From Balanoglossus misakiensis (Eukaryota > Animalia > Hemichordata): a DNA stretch of 64,000 nt. This document shows positions 1 through 12,600 of this stretch, piece by piece (the stretch's first letter is position 1; each line of letters begins with the position of its first letter). The position numbers and the translations under genes are program-made. The stretch spans positions 7,748,849 through 7,812,848 of the forward strand of contig CM082583.2 of the NCBI GenBank assembly GCA_040954595.2, given 5' to 3'. A model generated the notes under the pieces. The model searched no databases, had not been told where the DNA came from, and worked only from the letters and a program-made list of their open reading frames with translations.

Positions 1-3000
1 GTTGATTATGCCAGTCTTGTACACAGCGAATGACGTCACTGGGTTGAAAGGTCCGTGGCCATTTTAACTTCGCCTCACCTGGTTTACTCGGTGGCCTCTG
101 CACATAGGGCAACAGTCACGATAACTCAATCAAGGTGTGAGCCCCTCAAGCTTGGGCATTAGATTTATTAGTTTATAAGGGCGGACGACGAACGACGGTT
201 TGTCTATAAACCCTTGAAAGAGAAAGTCCCAAATCCTGAGTGCAACTCCGATGTACCCTAGATCTTCCTTTGAATCGTTGTTTGTATGTACATGTGGAAA
301 TTACCCACTACCCCTTATACTCGCTCACACAACCGATGTGTGACTTGGCAGGTGTGAAGATTATATAAAGTTCAGTGGGATTAACGTAGGATTACTCACA
401 TCACAGGGAAAAAATAGTTACAAAAACATAGGAGTGACTGGCGTCATTCCTGTGCCTTTGAACTAGCGCTACTGTCGCATGTTTCACTTCAACGAGCGTT
501 AGAAATAATCCCATGTGCCATTTGGGGGTAACGTGATTGGAATTGCGGCAAAGTGTTCAAGAGATGCGGTGGCGTGCAAATATTTTGTAGTACATAAATG
601 ATACAACCTTACCATATGGCGATTATAAATGTGGTCGATCCTCTATTTTGATGGATTTCCTCGTAAAAGTCTCATTTATTTGCATATTGTGGATGACTGG
701 CACATTCCGTGGCTAGAGGGCGCATTCCGACGATGGCGACCGTTTAAGTTTGGTGCATGTTTTGTGGGATGTCTTAAGCATAGCTTGGAGACGGTGGGGA
801 GGCGTTTACTGCATATATTTCTTTCAAGCCTACATTATAGGTCACTGACCAGTGGGAGGATAATTGATTTTTGAGAGCCTGTTTGTTTTCTGCACGATAC
901 TTTGGTTTCCAAACCCCCGTCTGGCAATTCTGCATTAAAGTCATGCTTGAATGGCGGATCCGTGCATCATTATGCTCTCCACAATTGCTTCTTGCACGGA
1001 AAGTTTTATTTCTTGTGTGTAGACCCACTGAGTCTCTTATAATACACAGTGAATGATCAAATGTACTATAATGCCGCATTCTTGTACTCTTTTGTAGGAT
1101 TATAAAAAAACGGCGCCGCCTGATGAGTAGTTTTTCTGACATGGCCCTCGCCGTTATTAAAGATTATGTAGGCTTCCTTGAACGTCTGCTCACTTAATTC
1201 CTGAGATTTCGTCATCATGTTTCTGCTTTGTTGTAATTGTGGTCACTTCGAATTATGCAGATCTCATTTATTCCAAGAAATCGGCCTGGAAAACGCGTGC
1301 AAGGGACAATGAATTGATTCCTCGACCCGCGGCTACCCCAGTTCTTGTAGCTTAACTTCAGTGGATATGTCAATTATTAATCGCAGGGAAGTCTTCAAAG
1401 TGATCAACAAATGCTAGCGACAATGCGTCAGTGCTGTGCGTTCCCAGCGGAATTAATGGCTGTGTCGTTACCGACGTTAAATTTTCTGACTTTGCCGGTC
1501 GTTACATTCGGATTACTCGAGCTCATCGTGTGTTTATAAAGCAATTAAATTTTTCATCGCCGATTTGGTCCAACCTTTGCGTGACACCGTAAATTAATTT
1601 CCCCGCCTGGCAAATTGAAAGCTGCCCCCCAACCGAACACGAACAAAGCGTTTCCTTAAAATGATCGCCACGTGCTTTGTTCTTTCCAGCGATAAAGTCA
1701 TAAATGTCATTTTCAACGAATCTTTGCGCGTATGTTTACATTAAAATTGTACAGTATCCATCCCGACGTAAGTCATAATATTGATTTGTGTTTTTCTTCT
1801 AAAATTGCCGTAACATTTCTCCTCCACTGGCTTTTCTAAACCCATTAGGGAAAAATCAGGTAACCGGATTTTGCGTTTGACGTGTCCCAATTTTTTGACG
1901 AGACATCCTGTGAATTGTATTTTTTCATTGTAAAAATGTATAACTTTCCTTACTGCGGTATGTACGAAAAATCGATGACGTCGTTAAGCACTTAAGTTCT
2001 CTTTTGTTTAAGGTCGGAATTGTTTATTAATCAACATGTTGCTCACGAGTTTATTTTAATCACATATGTACCACCTGAGAGGGTCCGTTACTACCGATCA
2101 AAACGTGCGCCCCATATAATCACAATTCTACCGTATGCAACCATTTATGTGCAGATGACATTAATGAATACATGTTGGCATTAGAAGTCTTTTTCTCGTT
2201 GTCATTATGTAACGTGGGTGAGTCTAAGGCACGGACATTCTTCAAGTCAAATAGAAGACTATATCACAGGCTAAGCTTCACACAAAAAACGACGGTAGCC
2301 ATTAGGAGGTTTATCAGTATACACTTACTAAAATACATATCGCATCATTGAGGTTGTGCGTCACTAGGAATTTAATGGCCGCTTTAAGTGTTTACAGAGG
2401 ATACCAGCAGACACCAATTTACCGAAATACGGTTAATCCGAACAATCTTTTCTTACCTGTCGATGATGAAATGTTACTGATAATGCCTATTTTATCAGTC
2501 ACGTCAGCTTAAGGTAGACTTTTGTGGGGGGGGGGGGGCGGCAAGGATTCGAAAGTGAGTAAATAGTATCTCATGCATGACGGTGATTATTTTGTCGTTC
2601 AGCCGAGATAAAAAAAATGAATGTGGGGATGGGCATTTTCTGTCGGTCAGCAGACGAACACCAGTGCTGCACTAATAATGGTGAAAAATGAGAAGAGTTA
2701 TTTCCCCAACCTCTTTGAGTACTATGGACCAAGTCCTACGTTTAGTGGCAACAGCGCTTACAACTTGATTTGATACCAAAACGAATCGTCACTGAGGTAA
2801 CGAGTATCCATGGCAGCTCTCAGTTGTTTGTGAAAACAAAGGCTAAAAGGCTTGAACGCAAAAGTTAAAACTACAAAGGCGTGCAAAATACCATACAAAC
2901 CGACCAGCGCGGACTAAAACACTAGAAAGCAATTATTAGCTAAAACATACGGACACGCACTACACACACGACGTCCACAAATGGAGATTGAAAGTAGAAC

Positions 3001-6000
3001 TACATTTCGGGTTCAACCCCTATTAATACCTGTGTACCTACAAGAGAATAATGACTGACACCGATAAATGATAACTCGCCATACATTTCACGAGTAATAA
3101 TCTAGGGCTTGTTTCAACATGTACGTGATTCGCGTTACCCATAATCACAGATTTCGCCCGCAGTGGCCAAAGAAGACGTATGTTGACGCGGTATATCACA
3201 CGCTAAAAATGGTGGCACATTTCGTTTAAACCGGTTCCGAACCACTACCAGTCTATACCAGCACGCTGAAAGTGATTCGAAACTATACAGGCAGATGTAA
3301 CCCTATACTATATCGCCGTTGGTGCTCCATTCAACGTGCAAAACTTGTTGTCGCGAACACGAAAAGGCCAAAAGCGTGATTACATTAATTCACTCCGCAA
3401 ACAGCCCTCGTTATTATCAGCATCAGGCAGAAGGAAATTAAAAGTTCGTTTTCCATGACGCATCCCGAAAATTATCTTCGCCGAGAACAAAAACAACTCT
3501 ATCGGTTTATCGCTGGCGTGGTTTAAACCCGTTATTGTTAATACGGTACCGAACATTATCAAGCAAGCATCGCTGTATGTTATGACATACGTTCACAGTG
3601 TTTATGTCATTCAACCAAGGACGTATGTCACATCGTATTTCTGTATCCAAAAATTCAATTTGCATGTTCCCAAGAGAAACTAATTTATCGCGCCAATATT
3701 GTGTGACCGACAAATCATCATATTAGCTTCCTGTTCGTTCGACGTACCCCCATTTCAGCAAGGTCCACGCTTGATGAGTGGTGAAGTGGCATAATTATAT
3801 TGGCTGGGGAATTGCTGCAAGCCAGTAACAAATATATTCCTAATTAAGAATAAATCCATATACTTCGCCAATAATCTCAGAGAAATTAAAGATTCCCAGT
3901 GTTGTCTTTTCCTATTCTTTCCATCCAAAATCTCCTCGCACAAAACTCCTGATGACAATATACCAAATGAATAAAAGTAATTTTATAGAGAGCACTGTTT
4001 AGTCAGCAATATTCCATTATTCGTAAAAAGTGAAAATACCATGAAAATATATTGAACGGGAATAATACAATTAGCGGTCGTTCTTTAATTTTGTTGATCT
4101 AGTACCAGAAGTATGAAAGGTAAATTAATGGTTTGTGGATCTGGTAAATCAGAGATGCGAGCACCTAATCATTGCATTCGATAATGCAAAAAATATAATA
4201 ATTCTGTCCTCCTCCCCCCCCCCCCCCCCACGATTTCCAGTTAACAGAATGCCGCAGTTTGAATGACACTCACGCGTATTTTTTAAGTCTTTAGAAATCA
4301 ACTAGTTTTCGGTCGAATGGTGCTTCAGGGAGAACGTATAATTGTATATTTCAATCAAGAAGACCGCGTCCTCTAACGGGAAATGATTGTACGATATTTC
4401 AAAGTGGAAGTAAGCCTTTGTAGACACCGTTTCGCCAATTTTAGGAGGCCATCTAAATTACTTGACATACGACAGCACTTTCCCGAATGGTGAATAAAAG
4501 CATCGACATTATGTAGTTTGTCACAATTTGTTCTCGCGGGATTGTTGATTTTTACGGTCCGAAACAGGGGTATCGTAAAACAATTGTGTCAGTTGCTTGC
4601 ATTGTACATATACATATGATGGCAAGGGTTGTGTTTCTCCTGCACCCGTATGCACTGCGTTGGTCTTCGATACTCGCATGATAAACCCTTGTGGGACATT
4701 TTTGTAAACTACCTAAAGGCGACGTGTACATCCTTAAGAGCGTACGTCGTTAACAATGCTCATGCGCATAGTGAAGTTATTGCGATAGTAATTCCCGACT
4801 GCGTGATTTTTATCATCATTACAGCGCCGTGCATTACTTCGTGATTTGCACATTTACATCGATCACGGTGAATAAAGAGCTTGCTGAACACAATTTACTT
4901 TTATTTTCATCTTTTTTTTCGAAGGTCGGTCGCTTTCAAAAGAGAACGGCGACTGTAGGTATTGTCACGATCTCCCATTCAAATAGGCGGGAACTGTATC
5001 ATATCTCGTATATATGCACTCCGTTTCTGTTAATCAAAGTCTGGTTAATCCTAGAACATGACACTGCTCCAAATTGAACTGACACTCAGCTGGTATTGAC
5101 TGAATTGCATTTATTGCGTCGGGTGAGACTTTATATGTGGTGTTCAGTGTGTAGGGAAAATCTGTTTCTCAAAAAGCCCATAATCTTCGTTTTATTGAAA
5201 TACCATGCATGGAGGTGCGTGGGAGCTGGGTAAAAGCAACTACATGCAAGTTGATATACTCTGCAAATCTTTGCTGGCTCCTTTTTTCAAAATTACTGGA
5301 GATTTATACAGAGGTTTACATGACGTACTTTGAACTGCTTTTACGAGTCGTAAGGATATTATTTTATGTTGTACATTCATGCAAAGCTTGAAAAAAAGAT
5401 TAAAATCTGTAACTTTGGAATATTTGAATAGGATATTAATCTCATAAATCACTTCTTGAAATCAAATCCATATGTCGCCAGTGACAGGTGCAACTCGTAA
5501 AGGTTTTCGTTTAGGGAGATTTAAGTACTTACAGGGAGGAGTAAATCTGAAGGCAAGCTTTATTTTACATGTAAAATTTTATTATCAGAGTCCCGCCAGA
5601 TTAAAATAAATATTTAAGATAATCCAATTCGCGTTTGTTATTAAAATGGCCTTCGCTTGTGTTCTGGCTGTTCTCTGTCTGGCCCCCGTGCCTGTGCACA
5701 CGTTACATCTTTTAATAAACAAAGCGATTAAATCCCGATATTAATGCGGGGGGGGGGGGGGAGATGTAGTAACGATGTCGTTAAAATATGGTCATGTCTG
5801 TTCCACAGGCTGCTGTGGCTTGTCTATGTGCATTGTGTGTTACAGTATCTATCATGACTCGTTACATTGCCAGGCCCACATCCGCCCTTTTGCGAATACT
5901 TCGGATAAATGTATTAATATTGCAAAGGTGTTTCGGTGACCGGCGATGATATAAGTTTCATTAGGTAGAGCAACACCTAGTCCCTTTTGCGATTGAATGA

Positions 6001-6841
6001 CAAAATTAATGACTGTGGAGATACGTGACAATAAAATCAATCCGCCATTCTGTAGTTGTTGATGATGATGCAAACCTGCCGAGCGAAGCCACTAATTAAT
6101 GTATAACTGCACCTATTTCTACATATCACCGAAGACAGCGAATAGATGGATATTAATCTGTAGGAAAAACTCGACAGCAGATCTCATGGAAAAAGTGATG
6201 GCATTGTAACTTCAGCTGTACATCAATTAGTTTATCACCAAACGCCTTCGTTTCTCGAATGTCATACTTGAACGCGTCGACTGCTGGCGTAATTATGGGG
6301 CCGCCTTAATGTTTTATCACCTAGTGTTTGTGACGCCGCGAATTCGTAAGATAATGTCCCGGCGGAGACTAGCTGGACACGTTGCCATTTAACTTCAACT
6401 GACAGCTGTCTTAAGATTGTCAGCCTATCGATGTCATCTTTTCAGTAAAAATAAAAAAAAGAGAAACTCAGAGACAGAAAGCGAATGCGCAATGTCATCC
6501 AGGTTTCATTTTTAGGAGCGTGTGACCTACTTGTATGTACCTCTGTCCATAATTGATAGGAATGACTTCGTATCTGTATAAATTTATGAAAACATCTTCA
6601 ATTTTTAATATTATCAGTTTGACATACCGCACACACTTGGCATATAAAACAATTCGCGGAACGTCCCCACCAGACGTGGTACTGAAATAATCATTCTTGT
6701 GACATCTGGAGTGATGGACATGATAGAATGAATGATATCGTGGCTGATAACCGGTTTAGGAATCGTGTCAAAATAGCTAAAACACTGAGACAATGATGGC
6801 TGTACCTGTTTTGATGTCATGGTACGTGGTACGTAGAAAGA

Positions 6842-7410
6842 CTAGTCAAGTATTCTTACTGCCGCGGGCACAAACATAGTTATAAATCCATCTGTGTTGC
6901 ATCTAAGTTGTATTTAGTATACCGGATATCATTTAGTGAAATTTCCATTTAGTGGGTAAGTCCTTTGAAACAATATAGTAGGCAGATGTTTTGACGACTT
7001 CGTCGCGACGCGAAAACAGGGCGATGATAGAATATCCCTTGCAGCGCCAATGACGCGATTTATCTTATTTTGATTAGAAGATGTAATAATGCCGTCCCAA
7101 ACAGGAAATCGAGTAACAATAGACTCAACCAAGTATAAAACATATGCAAATATTTTCCTGGTAAAAAGAATCAATGAAAGAAAGTTCTTTGTTAACAGTC
7201 ACAAAATTAACATGTTAATATGTTCATTCCAAGAACCCATCTTTGTAAGAAGCATCCCAAGATTTTTTTTTAACTATTTACTCTTTCAACATCCACACCC
7301 TTCATTTTTTAACGGAGATGGACCGAATTACTTTGTTATTCCTGAAGCCCATTATCACTTCTCTTGTTTTGTATGCATTCAAGATGAAGTTATTACTGTC
7401 ACGCGATGTA
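6842..7410 (-). mobile_element. Decayed 3' fragment of a non-LTR retrotransposon RT ORF (Rex1/Babar-like, L2/CR1 group)
   Basis: Minus-strand translation across stops and frameshifts gives the post-RT motifs in the expected order: NNFILNAYKTREVIMGFR (consensus LxLNxxKTKEMIxDFR), GVDVERVNS*K..LG (VERVxSxKYLG), VESIVTRFPVWDG..NKINRVIGAARDI (IESILTxxITVWYG..LxRVVxTAxKI), FVPAAVRILD* (FFPxAIRLLN*). Confidence 0.7.
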
Positions 7411-7877
7411 CATTTTAATAATGTGACCGCGGTGACTATTCAATTGAGAAGATAGTTGAGAGAAAATCAAGCTGAAGATTTAGTGTTTGACGGTCTAGCT
7501 TATGTGATACAGTTCTAATTTTCAAGACTTTGCTTCAATAAGCGTTAACCCCATTCCAAACAACTGTAAGTTCGAACTAGTTCTCCATCTAGGTATACCT
7601 ACAGGTGTTGCCTCCATTAGGAGTGCGTTTTCTCGGAATATGATACACTTTCTGGGATGATCTTATACAAAGTGCTTCTTTATCTTCGCACCAACAATAT
7701 TGGTATTCCTTAAGATTTCAGTAAATTCCTTTCCATCGATTTCATTTTATTTTTTTGTGTATTCCGTTCCCCTAATTGCCCCACAAAACATACTTGGGGA
7801 AATAGAGTAGCCAGGTGTTGCAGTCGGGTATGTTTAGGATAAGGAGGTAAACAAGTTGTACACCATGGGTCTATTCT

Positions 7878-7932
7878 TCCATCCATCCATCCATCCATCC
7901 ACCCGTCCGTCCGTCCATCCGTCCGCCTGTCC
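7878..7932. repeat. Compound (TCCA)n/(TCCG)n microsatellite
   Basis: Directly visible ccatccatcc...ccgtccgtcc run. Confidence 0.9.
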
Positions 7933-10900
7933 AATTCAATTCAATTCAGGTATAATTCAAGACAGTCTATATATACGCCATAAATCGTTAGATATAAAAT
8001 GGTGTCATAATCACCACATAACGCCCGCCAACATTCAGTATGATAACACTACAGGACGATTATTGTTCAATCAGAATCATGTCTGACTTTATGTTCCGGA
8101 AATGTTTGACACAACCAGACGCAGACATATCGATGAACACAGACAAACTGACTCAAAACAGACACATGTCCACAAATACAAGCTACGCCAAAACGCGGTC
8201 AAAAATTAGAAACCTGTCGCACAAACACATCGATACGTTGAAAAAAACTGCTATTTTATCGACCCTTACTGTATTGAAGCATTAGAAAGAACTGATAGAA
8301 AAGTCAGACGTAAAGAGATACACAGTCTTGTAAATGTACGCCAGTAAACTTAAATGATTATCTGATGGCTAGGTAGGAATGCGGTGAATCACAATCATCA
8401 CTAATGACAGGCCTTTCTATAGCTCGTCGACGTCACGTACGTAACCAGGCAAAAATCATTTTATTCCGTGTGTAGACGTGAAGTATTGTTAAAAGTCTGT
8501 TTCTGTATGCATGAAAGGCAGCTGCGAGGGACTAGGCTCTGATGTTAGCCTCCCAATTTGCCTGGTCACAGAGCCGAACAGTTTCCTGCTATTACGGCGT
8601 GTACGCCATGTGTTAGGTGCCTAAGCAATGGACCCGGCTTCGTATTACGGTCAATCGACAACCTGGCACGCAATAAGATTTTACTAAGTAATATCTGGAT
8701 GCGCTCCTCAATACGTTTTACGGTGCCGACAAAGGGGAGAAATTGCTTTTCAGTGCAGAGCAGTTCACAGCTTAAATGACTACGTGAGAATGATGCTTAT
8801 TCCCGATCTCCAATGAACAACATACGCTGTTCTCTCGAGTGATAAAATTAGCTCCTACTGCGAGGCAACGGTTTGAATATCGGATGTGCGCTTCGAATAG
8901 AATTGCTAAGAAGCGAAAATCGTTGGGATTGTACAGCTTTACATGTTTTTCTCCAAAAATGACTGTTTCCCACACCACATTAAATAAGAATTTATCGTTT
9001 CTTGGGTTAAGCATAAACTCGCGTTGCAATTTCGGCAGAAACGCGGCATGGCCACACCTGGCAAAACCTACACCTGCTTGGCGGACGTAAAAGGATGTGT
9101 GTTGCATAATTTAGCATGTAAAGTGCACATCTCGCACGGTGACCTAGCGTCCAACACAGTTAGAAAGAATCAACTGTGCCGTACACGAGTGAAAATGCGT
9201 CATTGCGATCACCTGTCGAGGTAATTTTGAATAAAGAGCGTCCGTTTTACCTCCGAGGGAAGCCATACGTCTTCTGACTAGCGGTCACAGCTTATGTGTG
9301 TCGTGATCGTAAAGAGCCCACGACATTTATTCCCAACCTACGTGATGCTAATAGTCGCCACCTGATCAGTGACGAAGTGTGTCCTTTCAGTCGTGGCACA
9401 GTCTGGTGCAGAGAAACTAAGCCAATTTGTTATTTTAGCCTTTAGTATAGGATTTCTTGAACTGCGCTTATCACACTTAACTCCAAGAGATAAGATAAAA
9501 TTCTGCGCAAAGTACGTGTTATTTATCGCTCTTTCGACGTATTCACAGGAAATACAAGACTGCCAACGGGACTTAGAAAAATCAGCAATCATATTTTATT
9601 TCTTTCCTGCTCAAATGCATCGCGTTAAACTGCGTGGCCTGAGGGCCCGCAACGATGCTCTGGTGGACGAGCTGTTTTTACGATACACGGCACTGTTTAC
9701 GGCTATTCGCGACCCAACAATGAATAAAACGCATTTCTGAAGGAAAGGCAGCCATTTACGAATAAATAGGCGCAATTCAAGGAAAATTATCGATTTTATG
9801 GGGACAATAAATTTTTTACGCTTCTGATCAAAATAAAGCTTTTACAAATACAGCGGCCTTCCGTGACGGGCTATGTGTTCAAACTGAATGTCCTGTTTTA
9901 AGAAACTATAAGAATAAACTTTCAATGTTTATCGATTCCCTGATGGTTCAACTTCCTGGGAAATGTTGGCGCAATCGCAACGAGCTGATTGGCCATTCAC
10001 CTCACACGCGCGCGCGCACATTTCAAGCGGTGCCTTGAAGTGTATGGCGACGCTTAGGGGTTATTTGAGAATGGACGAAACTGATCAAGAATAGGAAGCC
10101 CTAGAGGGCAGATGATTAGCGCATACATCATAACAGCGTCAAGAGTTTCATTTGCAGTCTTCTTATCGTATTCTGCTTACACAATTCCATTTAAGGACCA
10201 TGTCTCTTGGCGCATGTAATACTCCTCGCAGAGGTATCAAACGATTACTCCGATTTGTGTTTTATGCACGATTTTAATGTAGACCATTTTCTTCGCTCCT
10301 TGTCTATTAAACGCTGATTGGGACAAGTTTTTTGTCTCATTATAGGAGATCTCGACTGGAGATAAAGAATATTAAAGATGGCAGGCGATAAAGTCGACGT
10401 TTCTATCGTCGAATTGGAACAAGCCATGCAATACGCCAGACAAAACTGGTGGTATAGTCTGGGCAGGACAATAAACAAGCAGGCTTTGATCTCTATCACA
10501 ATCGAAAAGGGACCACATGTCAGTACCAAAGTGTAATTTGCATACACAAACCAGAATTCACGCGCGTATAACGAGTACATGTATTAGAAATGCGTTTGCA
10601 GCACTTTATTTCCACATCATTGAAAGATAAGCAACATTTATACGACGGCTACATAATCAAACCAATAGGGACATATATACCATTGTGGATCATGTTTTGA
10701 GAGTGCTTGACGCGCATGATGGTTAACCCGTGGCGGGGGAAAATGAGCTATAATATCAGCCTTTACTTCCAGATGCTTCAGCCTAGGTGTCAGCACGCAA
10801 ATTGCTTCATATCATAAAATTTCACTGCTGATTAAAGTCGCGCTTTGCAATTTACTGCATCGAGTGCAGGTCGCCGGGTAAAGCACATCCCGAGGGTACC

Positions 10901-11695
10901 TTTACAATCTAACTGCCGAAAGAGGACATCGTTAGCTAGGATAGCTTCACTCTTCCTAAGATACATAAATTCCATAAATAGAAGTTTCACCTACGCGCCA
11001 CAATAGTCATAACCAAGCTGAGTTACAAATTTCACAGTCAAACATACATGCGTGGGATGCGCTTCTAAGAAAACCGCGGGTTCCAGGAATGCGCCCAAGA
11101 ATATTTGCAGAGACTCTTCACTTTGCGAAATGACTTCTAAAATTAGAAGCATTGATGGAAAGTATGGAATATGAAGTCCGTATCGCTATAACGACTATCA
11201 GTTACTGGCGGGCATTACGTCACTAGGCGTCTATCCATTCCATCGATAGCTATGATAATGGAAGGATATTCTTCTCTAATCCATTTGCTGTTTTAAAAGT
11301 CAAATAGCTCACTCCATTTCTGTGATGGAAGAACTTATAAAGCGCGGTTACAAACTAGTCCAATCGAGTGTATTCAAGTCGTAGTTCTGAAAAATACACA
11401 GAAATACTCAGAGGGCATGGATGATGAATTCTTATGTTAAGGTAACCATCGGGGGAAAAATAATGTAAAAGTGGATGAAAGTAAATACCCAGACCTATGT
11501 ACAAAACATGAAAACAAACTGTTCTTAAATTAAAAAAGGAAGAGCGGGGTACATCTGCTAATGGCTTATTCTGATTAAAATGTCTGATGTTTGTTGTTTT
11601 TACCATATACAGGGATACCTAAGAAATTGAAGTTCGGGCTGGCGCAGAAACGATGTAGCTCTATGCCATTTACACCGCTGAGGGCATAAAACAAG

Positions 11696-12057
11696 ATGGC
11701 CGACCACAGCACAAAGATCAGCGGCGGAACTGTAAGTATTTTACGCTATTTCTACAAATTTATGACAATTTGTGTCACATAATATGTAGTGGAATTGGTG
11801 GGTAAAAGTTTTCTGTTTAAAGTAAATTAATATATTTCAAATCGTGCCTTTCTGATTATTGGATCTGATATTATGTCAAATTACATCACAACCAAACAGA
11901 CGCCACCTTCGTTATTGCCAATTTTAAAACCTGAAAATAACCAGAAAACAGAGAAGAAAGAGCGCTGATATTTTATATTGAAAAGGAGGTGCAATTTTAT
12001 TTTCAGCCCACGGACACCCAAGAACGACAGGCAATAGTGCAAATGACGAAATTAAAG
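11696..12057 (+). other. Candidate two small coding exons (11696-11731 and 12007-12057) of an unidentified, possibly transposon-borne transcript
   Basis: CAAGATGGCCG start context, ACT|GTAAGT donor at 11732, ttttattttcag acceptor ending 12006 and AAG|GTAAAG donor at 12058. Both junctions are phase 0 and the frame is open (MADHSTKISGGT-PTDTQERQAIVQMTKLK). No homology recognised. Confidence 0.25.
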
Positions 12058-12329
12058 GTAAAGAGTATATAATTTTGTGTCTCTAATATCTTAAAGAAAA
12101 TTGGTCTCGGCTTCCTCGCTCTACGGCTCAAATTTGAATTCATGGCTGCCAGGCATCGTTTCCAGCTGTGATGTGACAACGCTATCATTTTCATATAAGC
12201 GAGAGATCTGATAGTTGCCTTCACCATGAACGATGCCTAATAGCCAATTCAAATCTATAATGGATAACTCTCTGTGACAATGACTAACACTTTGTGATAG
12301 CTAAAACGGTTCCATATATCATATGCCTG

Positions 12330-12600
12330 TCTTTCGGCCGATGAACGACATTTAAGCTTATCTACTAGCTCGTGACTCCTGCCAAACGAAAAACACCGCT
12401 TGAATGTAAAAAACAAGCTTTCTCTAAAGAACCCTGATTTATACGTTTGAAAGATAGGTGACTGTCTTTCTGCAAAATCAGCATATGAACTACACGCTCT
12501 TGCATAACGAATGGGCTGGGAAAATGCATACCCTAACTGAAGATGACGTGAAACATCCGGTATTACGTGCAATCGAACTTAAAATTTCATCACGTTTTAT
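12330..12600 (-). mobile_element. Decayed Penelope-like element (PLE) reverse transcriptase C-terminal fragment
   Basis: Minus strand reads KRDE (consensus DKRDDF), then GYAFSQPIRYARACSSYADFAER and FKR..FGRSHELVDK. This matches the recalled invertebrate PLE thumb region YGVYISQLIRYARACSxYxDFxxR..FKKFYGRHHELVDKY. Frameshifted. Confidence 0.7.

Noticed and set aside
900-1015. Minus-strand EIKLSVQEAIVESIMMHGS resembling the RTE LINE motif ATVESxLLYGSExW
   Set aside because: A single short motif. Flanking RT motifs were not recoverable.
8530-8680. Possible decayed SINE body on the minus strand
   Set aside because: No recognisable A or B box, and the similarity is too vague.
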